From positions 1 to 62,223 of the IMG/VR virus record IMGVR_UViG_3300009507_002699: 62,223 nt of DNA. One strand, 5' to 3'. Below the pieces are notes generated by a model that searched no databases, was not told the DNA's origin, and worked only from the letters and a program-made list of their open reading frames with translations. Numbering within the stretch: the stretch's first letter is position 1; each line of letters begins with the position of its first letter. Source of the DNA: a virus (taxonomy: Duplodnaviria > Caudoviricetes). The position numbers were made by a program, and so were the translations under genes. This document shows, piece by piece, positions 9,016 to 19,700 of this stretch.

Positions 9016-11619
9016 ATGGCATATGAAGACATACGTAGATCCAGTCCTAAAAGCACTAGTCAAACTGGTCCGTTCGAAGCAATAGTTGTAAACAACTTAG
9101 ACACCAAATATATGGGTACACTACAAGTTGAGTTGTTAAAATCAACAGGTTCGGGTAATCAGCCAGAACGTTCAGGACAAGTTTTTGAAGCAATGTACCT
9201 AAGTCCGTTTTATGGAGTAACACCTGTAAGCGGAAATACTAAAAATGAAGGTTATAGAAACAGTCAACAAAGTTATGGTATATGGGCTGTACCACCAGAT
9301 GTGGGTGTACGGGTACTTGTTATTTTTGTGGAAGGAAACACAAGTAAGTGTTATTGGATTGGGTGTGTACAAGACGAATTTATGAACTTTATGACACCAG
9401 GCTATGCTTCAACGTCATTACTTAAAGACTTTAATAAAAAAGCACCTGCTGTAGAATACAATAAACTTACAACTACAGATCCAACCACAGAACCAACTAC
9501 GCATAGAAAGCCTACACATTTAGATTTATTAAAAAATTATATTGTTTCTGGTTTAAGTGATGATGAAACTAGAGGACTTACAAGTTCTAGTGCAAGACGA
9601 GAATTGCCTAGTGCAGTCTTTGGCTGGAGCACTCCTGGACCATTAGATAAACGTGAAGGCGCACCTAAAGCAGAAATAGGATTTAAAGGAAATAAATTAA
9701 ATTACCCAAAAAGTAGATTAGGTGGTTCTAGTTTTGTAATGGACGACGGAGATGACAAATTTTTAAGAAAAGGTCATCCTAAAGATACTCCGATGGAGTA
9801 TGCTAACATTGAAGCACAAGAAGAAGGTGGCGATGTTACTAGACCTCATAACGAATTATTCCGTATGCGTACACGAACAGGGCATCAAATATTGATGCAT
9901 AATTCCGAAGATCTAATTTACATTGCAAATTCTAGAGGTACTAGTTGGATCGAAATGACCAGCAACGGTAAAATTGATATTTACGGTACAGATAGTATAA
10001 GTGTACATTCACAACAAGATTTAAACTTTACAGCAGATAGAGATATTAACTTAACCGCTGGACAAAATGTTAACATAGTTGCTAACAAAATTAGAACAAG
10101 TTCGCATGATAGCACTAGTATGATTACAGGTACACAGTTTAGTTTGAATAGTGGAAAAGATATTAATATTAATACTAATGAAGATTTAATTTTATATGCA
10201 AATCAAAACGGTATGATGGTTGCAGTAGAAAAACAAAACATTTCATCAGGTGATCAACTTTCAATTGGTAGTACAACCGGTATTGGTATTGAAGGACATA
10301 ATGAAGTAAAAATTACAACTGATGGTAACTATCATATGAAAGCATTAGGTAGTAGTTATATAAGTGCCGGCGCAGAAATACATCAAACAAGTAAATTGAA
10401 AACTACAATGCAATCTGGAAATGTATTAGATTTAAAAGCAGTTGGTAATTTGCGTATAAGAACTGATGCAGAAGGTGGCTTGGCTACTGGCGGCGCATTA
10501 AAAATCTACAGCGAAGGCAACAATATTGATATACAAGGAACAGCACCAGTTGCACCTACAGTACCAACTGAAGCAGTTATACCGCCAGCGCCGTTTATTG
10601 TAGATCCTACACCACCAGAAATTGCACTTAAAGCAAGTCGTGTACCACAACACGAACCTTGGTTTGAACATGAACATTATGATCCATTAAAATACACACC
10701 TGATTTAACAAGAGCAGGAGTTGATCCACCAGAAACATATCCACCAAGTACACCGGATACATTTAACAGAACTCCAGGAGGCTATGTAGTAGGAAGTGGT
10801 AGTCAGCCTAATGCTTATAATACAAGCGGTGCACCAGAAGGTAGTGCAAGATTTGATCCTATTGCGGCGGCAACAATTCAACCTGATCCTCCAGCAGTAA
10901 AAACTACAAAACAAGAACTATCGAGATTATTTGCGAAAGCATTGTTTACTGAAGGATTTACAGAAGAACAAGTTTATGCGGCTATTGCAACAGCAGAAAC
11001 AGAGTCAGGATTAAAACTGTCAACAGAAAACAGTTACAGCGGAACTAGCAACGAGCGTATACGTTCAATCTTTAGTAATGCTAGAACAGTTAGTGATGCA
11101 GAACTTACAGAAATTAAAAAAGATAAAGCAACTTTCTTTGAACTTGTTTATGGTTATACAAGTAAAATTGGTCCGGGAATGGGTAACACAACAGCAGGTG
11201 ATGGCGGTAAATTTATCGGTCGTGGATTAATTCAATTAACAGGTAAAGCAAATTATCAACGCTACGGAAAAGCGGCAGGACTTGTTAAACAAGAATTAGT
11301 AACTGATTATAATCCGTTTGGTGTTGAAATTGTAGCAGATCCAACAATATTAATTACAGACGTTGCAAAGTCAGTTGCAGTTACAGCGGCATATTTAAAA
11401 GAACGTTATAAAGATTTTGGTAGAGGAACTCTTGGTAACTTTAGGTTTGCTATTGCAGGAACCGAACGAGGATATGAATTAGGATTTCCTAAAGATCAAG
11501 GTTACTTACAAGCAAAACTTTTAACTAATGGCAAGTATGATCCAGACTGGATTAGAAATCCAGATAGAAGAAACGTTGTAGCAGGCATTGATCAAAACGA
11601 TCCAAGGAACATAGTATAA
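9016..11619 (+). CDS. gp5: baseplate central spike gp5/VgrG-like with C-terminal GH19-like glycoside hydrolase
   Basis: N-terminal OB-fold motif (SYGIWAVPPDVGVRVLVIF), RTRTGHQILM, beta-helix-like repeats and a Pro-rich linker, then ETESG...DGGKFIGRGLIQLTGKANY (GH19 signature). Confidence 0.85.
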   Translation: MAYEDIRRSSPKSTSQTGPFEAIVVNNLDTKYMGTLQVELLKSTGSGNQPERSGQVFEAMYLSPFYGVTPVSGNTKNEGYRNSQQSYGIWAVPPDVGVRVLVIFVEGNTSKCYWIGCVQDEFMNFMTPGYASTSLLKDFNKKAPAVEYNKLTTTDPTTEPTTHRKPTHLDLLKNYIVSGLSDDETRGLTSSSARRELPSAVFGWSTPGPLDKREGAPKAEIGFKGNKLNYPKSRLGGSSFVMDDGDDKFLRKGHPKDTPMEYANIEAQEEGGDVTRPHNELFRMRTRTGHQILMHNSEDLIYIANSRGTSWIEMTSNGKIDIYGTDSISVHSQQDLNFTADRDINLTAGQNVNIVANKIRTSSHDSTSMITGTQFSLNSGKDININTNEDLILYANQNGMMVAVEKQNISSGDQLSIGSTTGIGIEGHNEVKITTDGNYHMKALGSSYISAGAEIHQTSKLKTTMQSGNVLDLKAVGNLRIRTDAEGGLATGGALKIYSEGNNIDIQGTAPVAPTVPTEAVIPPAPFIVDPTPPEIALKASRVPQHEPWFEHEHYDPLKYTPDLTRAGVDPPETYPPSTPDTFNRTPGGYVVGSGSQPNAYNTSGAPEGSARFDPIAAATIQPDPPAVKTTKQELSRLFAKALFTEGFTEEQVYAAIATAETESGLKLSTENSYSGTSNERIRSIFSNARTVSDAELTEIKKDKATFFELVYGYTSKIGPGMGNTTAGDGGKFIGRGLIQLTGKANYQRYGKAAGLVKQELVTDYNPFGVEIVADPTILITDVAKSVAVTAAYLKERYKDFGRGTLGNFRFAIAGTERGYELGFPKDQGYLQAKLLTNGKYDPDWIRNPDRRNVVAGIDQNDPRNIV

Positions 11620-12386
11620 TGGGACAAATAATTATTCCTCTAACACCAACAGTAAATCCAACAGAAATTGCTGATAATTCGGAATGGAACGAAACTATAG
11701 AATCAAATAGATTCCCTGAGGGACAATTTGATTTAGAAGGCGACTATCCTAGATCCGGACCAGGACAATCTAACGGCAATGGTGGATATGTTAACACTAG
11801 TAATTTACCTCCTTTAGATCCTAAAATTTCACCAGGACCTTTACCTGAAGGACCGGGCTGGGAAAAATTAGATGCAGTACTTACTAACGTTCTTACCCAA
11901 GATTGGAGAGAACGTGGTAGAGAAGGTAATCCAAGAATTTTAGAATGTTACAAAGTATGCGGTAATAGTTATACAAGGGATAGTAGTTCTATGGCATATG
12001 CTTGGTGTGCGGCATTTGTAAGTTGGGCACTATACACAGCAGGTATTCCTACACTTCAAACAATGAGTAGCCAAGGATGGTATAATTGGGGAAGTGAAGT
12101 TGATTGGCGTGATACAACAAATATTCGAAAATGGGACGTTATAATTTTTAAATCAAAAAAACGTTCAGGAGGCCATATTGGATTTATACAAGAAATTACA
12201 TCAAACGGTGTTATAAAAGTATTAGGCGGAAATCAAGGAAACAATGCAAAAATTTCTAACTACAAATTTAATAGTAACAGTCAATATGTAAAAAGTATAA
12301 AACGTAATTGGAGTTTGCCTACTAAGTATGATGTAGCAGTTGACGGAACTGCTCCAGCAACAGCAGGAACGGATTCAACAGTATAA
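11619..12386 (+). CDS. NlpC/P60-CHAP-like peptidoglycan hydrolase (TIGR02594-like)
   Basis: AWCAAFVSWAL (catalytic Cys), GGHIGF (His) and VLGGNQGN. Confidence 0.8.
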   Translation: MGQIIIPLTPTVNPTEIADNSEWNETIESNRFPEGQFDLEGDYPRSGPGQSNGNGGYVNTSNLPPLDPKISPGPLPEGPGWEKLDAVLTNVLTQDWRERGREGNPRILECYKVCGNSYTRDSSSMAYAWCAAFVSWALYTAGIPTLQTMSSQGWYNWGSEVDWRDTTNIRKWDVIIFKSKKRSGGHIGFIQEITSNGVIKVLGGNQGNNAKISNYKFNSNSQYVKSIKRNWSLPTKYDVAVDGTAPATAGTDSTV

Positions 12387-12685
12387 TGCCATTAATAGCA
12401 AGACAAACAGATACATTAGACACGGGACACGGTTGTACAAGTACAACTACACTAGATGCTCCTGGACAAACATTTGTAAAAGTACAAGGGCAATATGTTG
12501 CCAGATTAGGTGATCCAACAGTGTCGCATACACACAATCCGCCTTTATGTCCTAGTCATGTAGAAGTTATAAAAGGTAGTAGTGCAGTAGTAAAAGTTTG
12601 TGGTATTTTAGTAGGTAGAGTTAACGATGCATGTGATGCTGGAAAAATAACCAGTGGAGCATCAGCAGTTAACGTGGGAGCATAA
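12386..12685 (+). CDS. PAAR-repeat spike tip protein (gp5.4-like)
   Basis: MPLIARQTD, VARLGD, VGRVND and ITSGASAV repeats with His/Cys metal ligands, 99 aa. Confidence 0.9.
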   Translation: MPLIARQTDTLDTGHGCTSTTTLDAPGQTFVKVQGQYVARLGDPTVSHTHNPPLCPSHVEVIKGSSAVVKVCGILVGRVNDACDAGKITSGASAVNVGA

Positions 12686-12688
12686 ATA
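12681..12688 (+). promoter_or_regulatory. putative late promoter (CATAAATA)
   Basis: One mismatch to TATAAATA, 5 nt before the gp25 ATG. Confidence 0.55.
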
Positions 12689-12693
12689 TTGTT

Positions 12694-13143
12694 ATGAGTA
12701 CTTTAGAAAAAAATTTATACGACAGAATTGCTGTTAAACCAACAACTCAACAGAAGAAACCTGTTGTTACAAGCAGGGCCTATAGAGGGTTATCTACAGT
12801 TAATCCGGAAAACACTTCTAGTACACTATTTGATCTTGCATTAATTAAACAAGATTTACTCAATCATTTTCATATACGTCAAGGTGAAAAACTACACAAT
12901 CCTAAATTTGGCACTATTATTTGGGACGCATTATTTGAGCCATTTACTGATGATCTTAAAGAAGCAATAGCCGCAAATGTTACAACTATTTGTAATTATG
13001 ATCCTCGTGTACAAGCAGAAAATATTAGAGTAACAAGTTATGAAAGTGGCATTCAAATTGAAATGGAACTTACATATTTGCCATATAATATATCAGAAAA
13101 ACTTAGATTAGACTTTGATGAGTCAGCCGGTCTAACAGCCTAA
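12694..13143 (+). CDS. gp25: baseplate wedge subunit gp25
   Basis: LIKQDLLNHFHIRQGEKLHNPKFGTIIWDALFEP and YDPRV motifs. Confidence 0.92.
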   Translation: MSTLEKNLYDRIAVKPTTQQKKPVVTSRAYRGLSTVNPENTSSTLFDLALIKQDLLNHFHIRQGEKLHNPKFGTIIWDALFEPFTDDLKEAIAANVTTICNYDPRVQAENIRVTSYESGIQIEMELTYLPYNISEKLRLDFDESAGLTA

Positions 13144-13152
13144 TTGATACTG

Positions 13153-13160
13153 TATAAATA
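13153..13160 (+). promoter_or_regulatory. T4-type late promoter TATAAATA (second AATAAATA at 13183-13190)
   Basis: Exact T4 late consensus in the intergenic region before gp6. Confidence 0.7.
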
Positions 13161-13214
13161 AAATACGCACTTATCTAATAGTAATAAATACATGTAACAA
13201 ATAAGGAATGTGAT

Positions 13215-16200
13215 ATGTCATCTACCGACCGACAAAATAGACTGCTAGTTGCAGAAGATTGGAAGCGTATATACCAGTCTTATCGTAATGCTGATTTCCA
13301 GAGTTACGATTTCGACAATTTACGCAGAACAATGATTAACTACCTAAGGACTAATTATCCTGAGGATTTTAATGATTACATTGAATCAAGTGAATATCTA
13401 GCACTAATAGATCTTATTGCATTTTTAGGTCAAAATATATCATTCCGTATTGACTTAAATGCACGTGAAAATTTCTTAGAATTAGCAGAACGTAGAGAGT
13501 CGGTCTTACGTTTAGCACGTTTACTCTCTTATAATCCAAAGCGTAATCAAGCCGCAGAAGGATTATTAAAAATTACATCAGTATCTACTTCGCAAGACAT
13601 TGTTGATTCGAATAGTTTCAATTTATCAGGACAACAAATTACTTGGAACGACCCTAGTAACTCAAACTGGTATGAACAATTTATAAAAGTAATGAATGCC
13701 GCATTACCAAGCAATGGTGTATTTGGTAAGCCTACTAAGAAAGCAACAATAAACGGTATACCGCATGAACAATATAGATTCAATGCTATTAATACTGACA
13801 TTCCTAAATATTCATTTACAAAAACTATTGAAGGACAGAGTTTACCATTTGAAGTTGTAAGTAGTGATATTGTCGAAAATGCACTTGAAGAAGAAATTCC
13901 ATTAGTTGGTAATAGTTTTGCATGTCTTTATAAAAATGATGGGCAAGGTCCTGCTAGTACGAACACAGGATTTTTTACATCGTTTAAACAGGGTGCATTA
14001 GATGACGGTCAATTTACAGTAAACAATCCAAGTGCAAATCAAAAAGTTGACATTGATGCAACTGATATTAATAATAAAGATATTTGGTTGTTTAAATTAG
14101 ACGAGCAAGGACGTGAAACCGAATTTTGGACAAAAGTAAGTTCAGTTGAAGGTAATAATGTAATTTACAATAGTCTAAATAAAAATATTAGAAACTTATA
14201 TTCAGTGCTTACAAGAGTACAAGATAGAATTAGTTTAGTTTTTAGTGATGGTGTTTTTGGTAATTTACCACAAGGTAGATTTAAAGTTGTATATCGTACA
14301 AGTGCAAATAAACGCTACACAATTAAGCCAAGCGAAATGCAAGGTATACAAATACAAATACCTTACTTGAGTGAATTTGGTGTTCCTGAAACACTAAACT
14401 TAACATTACAATTAAAATATACAATATCTAATAGTGCATTAAGTGAAAGTAACGAAAGCATTAAAGCAAATGCTCCGTCAACATTTTATACACAAAATAG
14501 AATGGTAACTGCTGAAGATTATAATGTTGCTCCTTTAGGAGTAAGTCAAGAAATTGTAAAAGTAAAAACAGTTAATAGAAACGCTAGTGGTATTAGTAGA
14601 TATTTTGATTTAATCGATTCAACAGGAAAATACTCTAGTACAAACTTATTTGGTAACGACGGCGTAATTTATAAACAGACATCAAACTTGAAAACAAGTT
14701 TTAACTTTGTAACTACAACAGATATTGAACAAGCAATTACAAACACTATTGAACCGATTGTACGTGATAAAAAAGTATACAATTATTACTTAGAAAACTT
14801 TACAAAAATTCTTGCATCAGATTTAGGAGTTAAGTGGACAAGTTCTACTCAAGATACAAATAGAAGTACAGGTTATATTAATGATGATAACAATACTAAA
14901 TTTAAAGTTGGTACATTTACAGCAAATAACCTAAGATTTGTTGAAGCAGGCACATTATTGAAATTTACTGCTCCTACGGGTTTCCACTTTATGACAACTA
15001 ATAAGAACACGCTAATGAGTGGTCCAGCAGATCATCCTGGTGCTGTTGATTACCTTTGGGTAAAAGTTATTAGTGTAAGTGGTGATGGTACAACAGTTGG
15101 TTCAACAGGACTAGGACCAATTGTATTAAATGATTTAATTCCAACAAATGCTGTACTAGCAGAAGTAAGACCAAAACTTGCTAATGTAATTACAGATGCT
15201 GTTAAAACCCAAATTGTTGATCAAGCGTTTGCAACAAATACTTTTGGATTACGTTATGACGTAGAAACACGCCAATGGAGAATTATTACAGAAGCAAATA
15301 TTGATAGTGTAAATAATTTTAGCACAGGTAAAACTGGAGATTCAAGTAACCAAAACTTAGATGCAAGTTGGATTCTGTATTTTAAAACTGACGGTGAACG
15401 ATATGATATTACTTACAGAACAATGAGATATGTTTTTGAAAGTGACAAAGAAATTAAATTCTATTACGATAGCACAGATAAAATTTATGACAATAAAACT
15501 GGTAAAATTATTAAAGACAAAATCGAAGTTTTAAATATTAATAATAAACCAGATGTATCTAATCCTTTTACAATAAATTATAATTGGGAAATTGTTAAAG
15601 AATATCGAGATGCAGAAGGATATGTTGATAGTAAGCGCATCGAAGTAAGTTTCTTTGATATAGACGATGACGGTGTTATAGATAATCCACAGGCATTTAT
15701 TGACATTGTTGCAGAAACTGTTAATCCTGAAACAAAATATATCTTCCAAAAGAAATATACTACAAGCGACGGTGTTGAAGATTACAGATTTGTAGACAAT
15801 ACAGTTGAAGGAATTCAAGTAAAAGCAAATATAGGAGCAGTTGGAGCATACTCTGCATATACAGCAGGACAAGTATTCTTTACTATGGATACAGAACTGT
15901 TCTATAAATTAGATAGTACAAAGAAAAATTTAGAAATAACTAAAGACTATAGAGGTTATACTGGACGCTCAGGAATTAAATTTAGATATTTGCATAGCGC
16001 AGACTATAATCAAAGAATCGATCCAGCCGCAAGTAATATTATGGATTCGTATTTGTTAACACGAACATACGATATTGCTTATAGACAATTTTTATCAGGT
16101 GACAGACTTACCGAACCACTACCGCCTAGTAGTGATGAAATGTATCGTACATACGGTGCAGAGTTAGATAAGATTAAATCTATTAGTGATGAAATAATTT

Positions 16201-16739
16201 ATCACCCAGTGAAATACAAACCCTTGTTTGGTGCATCGGCGGAGACTAGTTTGCAAGCAACATTTAAAGTAGTAACTAATCCTGATGTAGTTACTAATAA
16301 TAACGATATTAAATCAAGAATAATTGAAGCAATTAATGTTTACTTTAACTTAGATAATTGGGAATTTGGTGAAAGTTTTTACTTCAGTGAATTGTCAACT
16401 TATATTATGAATCAAATGACTCCTGATATTGTAAGTATTGTAATTGTTCCAAATGAACAAAGTCAATCATTTGGTAGTTTGTATGAAATAAAATCAGAGT
16501 CAAATGAAATTTTTATTAGTTCAGCAACAGTTGAAAATGTTGAAATTATAGATGCTATTACAGCAAGTAGATTGAGAGCAACAGGTAATGTTATTACATC
16601 AAGTCAAGAAACACTTAGTACTGGTGTTACAAGTTCTGCATCGCAAGCAGGTTCAGTTAGTTCAAGTAGCAGTAGTAATTCAGGATCAAGCGGATCAAGC
16701 GGATCAAGCGGATCAAGCGGCGGGGGATATGGTTACTAA
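13215..16739 (+). CDS. gp6: baseplate wedge subunit gp6-like
   Basis: DFDNLR, FNDYIESSE, ENFLELAERRESVLRLARLLSYNPKR, FSDGVFGNLP and QNRMVTAEDY motifs. Confidence 0.9.
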   Translation: MSSTDRQNRLLVAEDWKRIYQSYRNADFQSYDFDNLRRTMINYLRTNYPEDFNDYIESSEYLALIDLIAFLGQNISFRIDLNARENFLELAERRESVLRLARLLSYNPKRNQAAEGLLKITSVSTSQDIVDSNSFNLSGQQITWNDPSNSNWYEQFIKVMNAALPSNGVFGKPTKKATINGIPHEQYRFNAINTDIPKYSFTKTIEGQSLPFEVVSSDIVENALEEEIPLVGNSFACLYKNDGQGPASTNTGFFTSFKQGALDDGQFTVNNPSANQKVDIDATDINNKDIWLFKLDEQGRETEFWTKVSSVEGNNVIYNSLNKNIRNLYSVLTRVQDRISLVFSDGVFGNLPQGRFKVVYRTSANKRYTIKPSEMQGIQIQIPYLSEFGVPETLNLTLQLKYTISNSALSESNESIKANAPSTFYTQNRMVTAEDYNVAPLGVSQEIVKVKTVNRNASGISRYFDLIDSTGKYSSTNLFGNDGVIYKQTSNLKTSFNFVTTTDIEQAITNTIEPIVRDKKVYNYYLENFTKILASDLGVKWTSSTQDTNRSTGYINDDNNTKFKVGTFTANNLRFVEAGTLLKFTAPTGFHFMTTNKNTLMSGPADHPGAVDYLWVKVISVSGDGTTVGSTGLGPIVLNDLIPTNAVLAEVRPKLANVITDAVKTQIVDQAFATNTFGLRYDVETRQWRIITEANIDSVNNFSTGKTGDSSNQNLDASWILYFKTDGERYDITYRTMRYVFESDKEIKFYYDSTDKIYDNKTGKIIKDKIEVLNINNKPDVSNPFTINYNWEIVKEYRDAEGYVDSKRIEVSFFDIDDDGVIDNPQAFIDIVAETVNPETKYIFQKKYTTSDGVEDYRFVDNTVEGIQVKANIGAVGAYSAYTAGQVFFTMDTELFYKLDSTKKNLEITKDYRGYTGRSGIKFRYLHSADYNQRIDPAASNIMDSYLLTRTYDIAYRQFLSGDRLTEPLPPSSDEMYRTYGAELDKIKSISDEIIYHPVKYKPLFGASAETSLQATFKVVTNPDVVTNNNDIKSRIIEAINVYFNLDNWEFGESFYFSELSTYIMNQMTPDIVSIVIVPNEQSQSFGSLYEIKSESNEIFISSATVENVEIIDAITASRLRATGNVITSSQETLSTGVTSSASQAGSVSSSSSSNSGSSGSSGSSGSSGGGYGY
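16683..16718 (+). repeat. GGATCAAGC x4 tandem repeat (Gly-Ser-Ser) in the gp6 C-terminal tail
   Basis: Four exact 9-bp copies read directly from the sequence. Confidence 0.9.
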
Positions 16740-19700
16740 TGGCTTATGAAGATAATCAAAACGAAAGTCCATTACCGGTAGATGGCAACAAAGGTCCTTT
16801 TAAGTCTAGTACTTTACTACCTAAGTATTTCCGTACTACTAAAAACAATAAGTTCTTAGATGCAACACTTGATCAAGTTTTACAACCAGGAACTGCACAA
16901 AAATTAAACGGTTATTACGGTAGACGTACTGCTAAATCTTATAGAAACAATGACAACTACATTGGTGATGTTTCGGTGTCTAGAGAAGCATATCAACTAG
17001 AGCCGGCTGTAATTTCTAAAGATTTATATGATAATGTAACATTTTATAAAGACTACAATGATTATGTTAATCAAATTAAATCGTTTGGTGGTAATGTAGA
17101 AAATCATGACTTACTTAACGGTGCAGAATATTATTCATGGAACCCTAGCATTGATTGGGATAAACTTACAAATTTTAGAGAATATTATTGGATGCCAAAT
17201 GGTCCTATAGCAATTAACGTTGCAGGACAAAGTACAGAAGTAACACGCACATATACTGTTACAAGTATTGACAACGGAAATAATTTAGCATATGTTATTA
17301 ACGGAGACCTTACACAGAACCCTACAATAGAATTATATAAAGGGCAAACTTACACGTTTGATGTTAGTGCAACAGATATGCCATTTTCGATACGTACTGA
17401 ACGTAGTTTAGATGCAAATACAATTTACACAACAGGAATTACAAACGCAAATATTGAAAGTGGAACTGTTACTTTTACTGTACCACTTAATGCTCCTACA
17501 AGATTATATTATCAAAACAGTAATAATATTAATTCAGGCGGCATTATTAGAATAGCAGAAGTTGACGAAGCAACGGCTATCGATGTTGAATCAGAAATAC
17601 TAGGACAAAAACAATATACAACTTCTAAAGGTGTAGAATTACTTAACGGTATGAAGTTAAATTTTGTTGGACAAGTTACTCCAGAAAAATATGCTACAGG
17701 TAATTGGATTGTAGAAGGAGTAGGCACACAAATTAATTTAGTTAATACTGATGAATTAGTTATTGCTTTATCATATGCTGTAGACAAACCAATTGAGTTT
17801 GACGGTGATAATTTTGATAGCCTACCATTTGGAAATGCGGCTTCATATAGTGCTACAAAAGATTACATTGTTGTAAATAGAAATTCACCAGATAAAAATG
17901 CTTGGTCTAGAAATAATAAATGGTACCATAAATCTGTTATTGAAAAAAGTGCAGAAATAAATGGACAAACAGTAAACATTGATCAAGCACAACGAGCCAA
18001 GCGTCCAATTATTGAATTTGTTTCAGGCTTAAAACTTTTTAACTTTGGTACAGAAAAGAAAAATGATGTTGATTTAATTGATACCGTAACTAAAGATATA
18101 TTTTCAACAGTTGAAGGATCAGTAGGATTTAATATCGACGGCGTTGATATTACAGACGGCATGCGTATTTTGTTTACTGCCGAGAAAGATATTAGAGCAA
18201 CAGGAAAAATTTATAAAGTTAAGTTTATCAAACATAACAGCACAGTACCACAAATTGCACTAATTGAAGATACTGATGCAACTCCTCAAACAAACGAAGT
18301 TGTACTTGTTAAAAAAGGTACAAGCAATGCAGGTAAACATTATTACTATGACGGGACTAGTTGGAAAGTAGGACAACTTAAAACAAAAGTTAATCAACCA
18401 CCAATGTTTGATATGTTTGACAGCAATGGTATAAGTTTTTCAAATAAAACAACATACAATACAACAACATTTACAGGTAACAAAGTTTTTAGTTACAAAG
18501 AAGGAACTGGAACAGCAGATACTGAATTAGGTTTTCCGCTTACGTATCGTGCATTAACAAACGTAGGCGATATTACTTTTGACTTTAACTTGCTTACTGA
18601 AAAGTTTACATACCAAGAAACTACTAATGTATTAAGTGTAACTACTGACACAGGATTCTTAAAAACATACACTTCTTTAAATGCATTTAACTATAAAAAC
18701 GGTTGGCAAAAAGCAAAAAATTTATCACAACAAAAAGTTATTAGACAATATGATATAGAAGGACCAATTACACAATTAGAAATTGATGTATATAAAAATG
18801 CTGGTGATTTAAACGATTTAAATTGTAGCGTATTTGTAAATAATAAACATAATTTTGATTATACTATTTCTAGACAAGACGGAAAAGCAATAGTAGTTTT
18901 TAATAAAGCATTATCTGCAGGCGACACTGTTATACTTAAAACATCTTCGGCTACTAAGAAAAATGAAAACGGATTTTATGAGTTTCCAATTAACTTAGAA
19001 CACAATCCTAATAATGTAAATTTAACTACATTCACTTTAGGTGAAGTTAATGATCATGTGTTTTCAATGATCGAAGATTTAAAAGACTTCAACGGAGTAT
19101 TTCCAGGCAATAGTAATTTAGGAAGTTTAGGTGATATTAATACTGTAGGTAAAAAGTTTGTACAACATTCAGGACCTATTAATAATCCGTTATATCATAT
19201 TACTACAAAAGATGCAAACGTAATTAAAGCATTAGATTTTGCTAAGAATGAATTTAGAACATTTAAAAGATCATTCCTACAAGTTGCAGAAACACTAGGG
19301 TATGACGGTCCAGTAAAGCAACACGTTGACAAGATATTATACGAAGTTTTAAAGAATAAAACTACAAATGATCCGTATTATTTTAGTGATATGATTCCTT
19401 TCTTAGGAAACAAACGTTTAGAATTCACTGTGTATGATACTGAAAACAATTTTTTTAGTTTAAGTCAAGTTTTTGATAAAACTAAGTTAAGCAATAAAGC
19501 CGTAACAATTTATCGGAACGGAGCACAGTTAGTACATGGTAGAGATTATACTTTTAATAGTGATGGTTTTGCTGTAATTACAGCAACTAAAACAGACGGA
19601 GACTTAATAGAAATATACGAGTACGAAAGTACAGATGGATGCTATGTTCCAAGCACACCTAGTAAACTAGGATTGTATCCTTCTTTTGTACCTGAAATTA

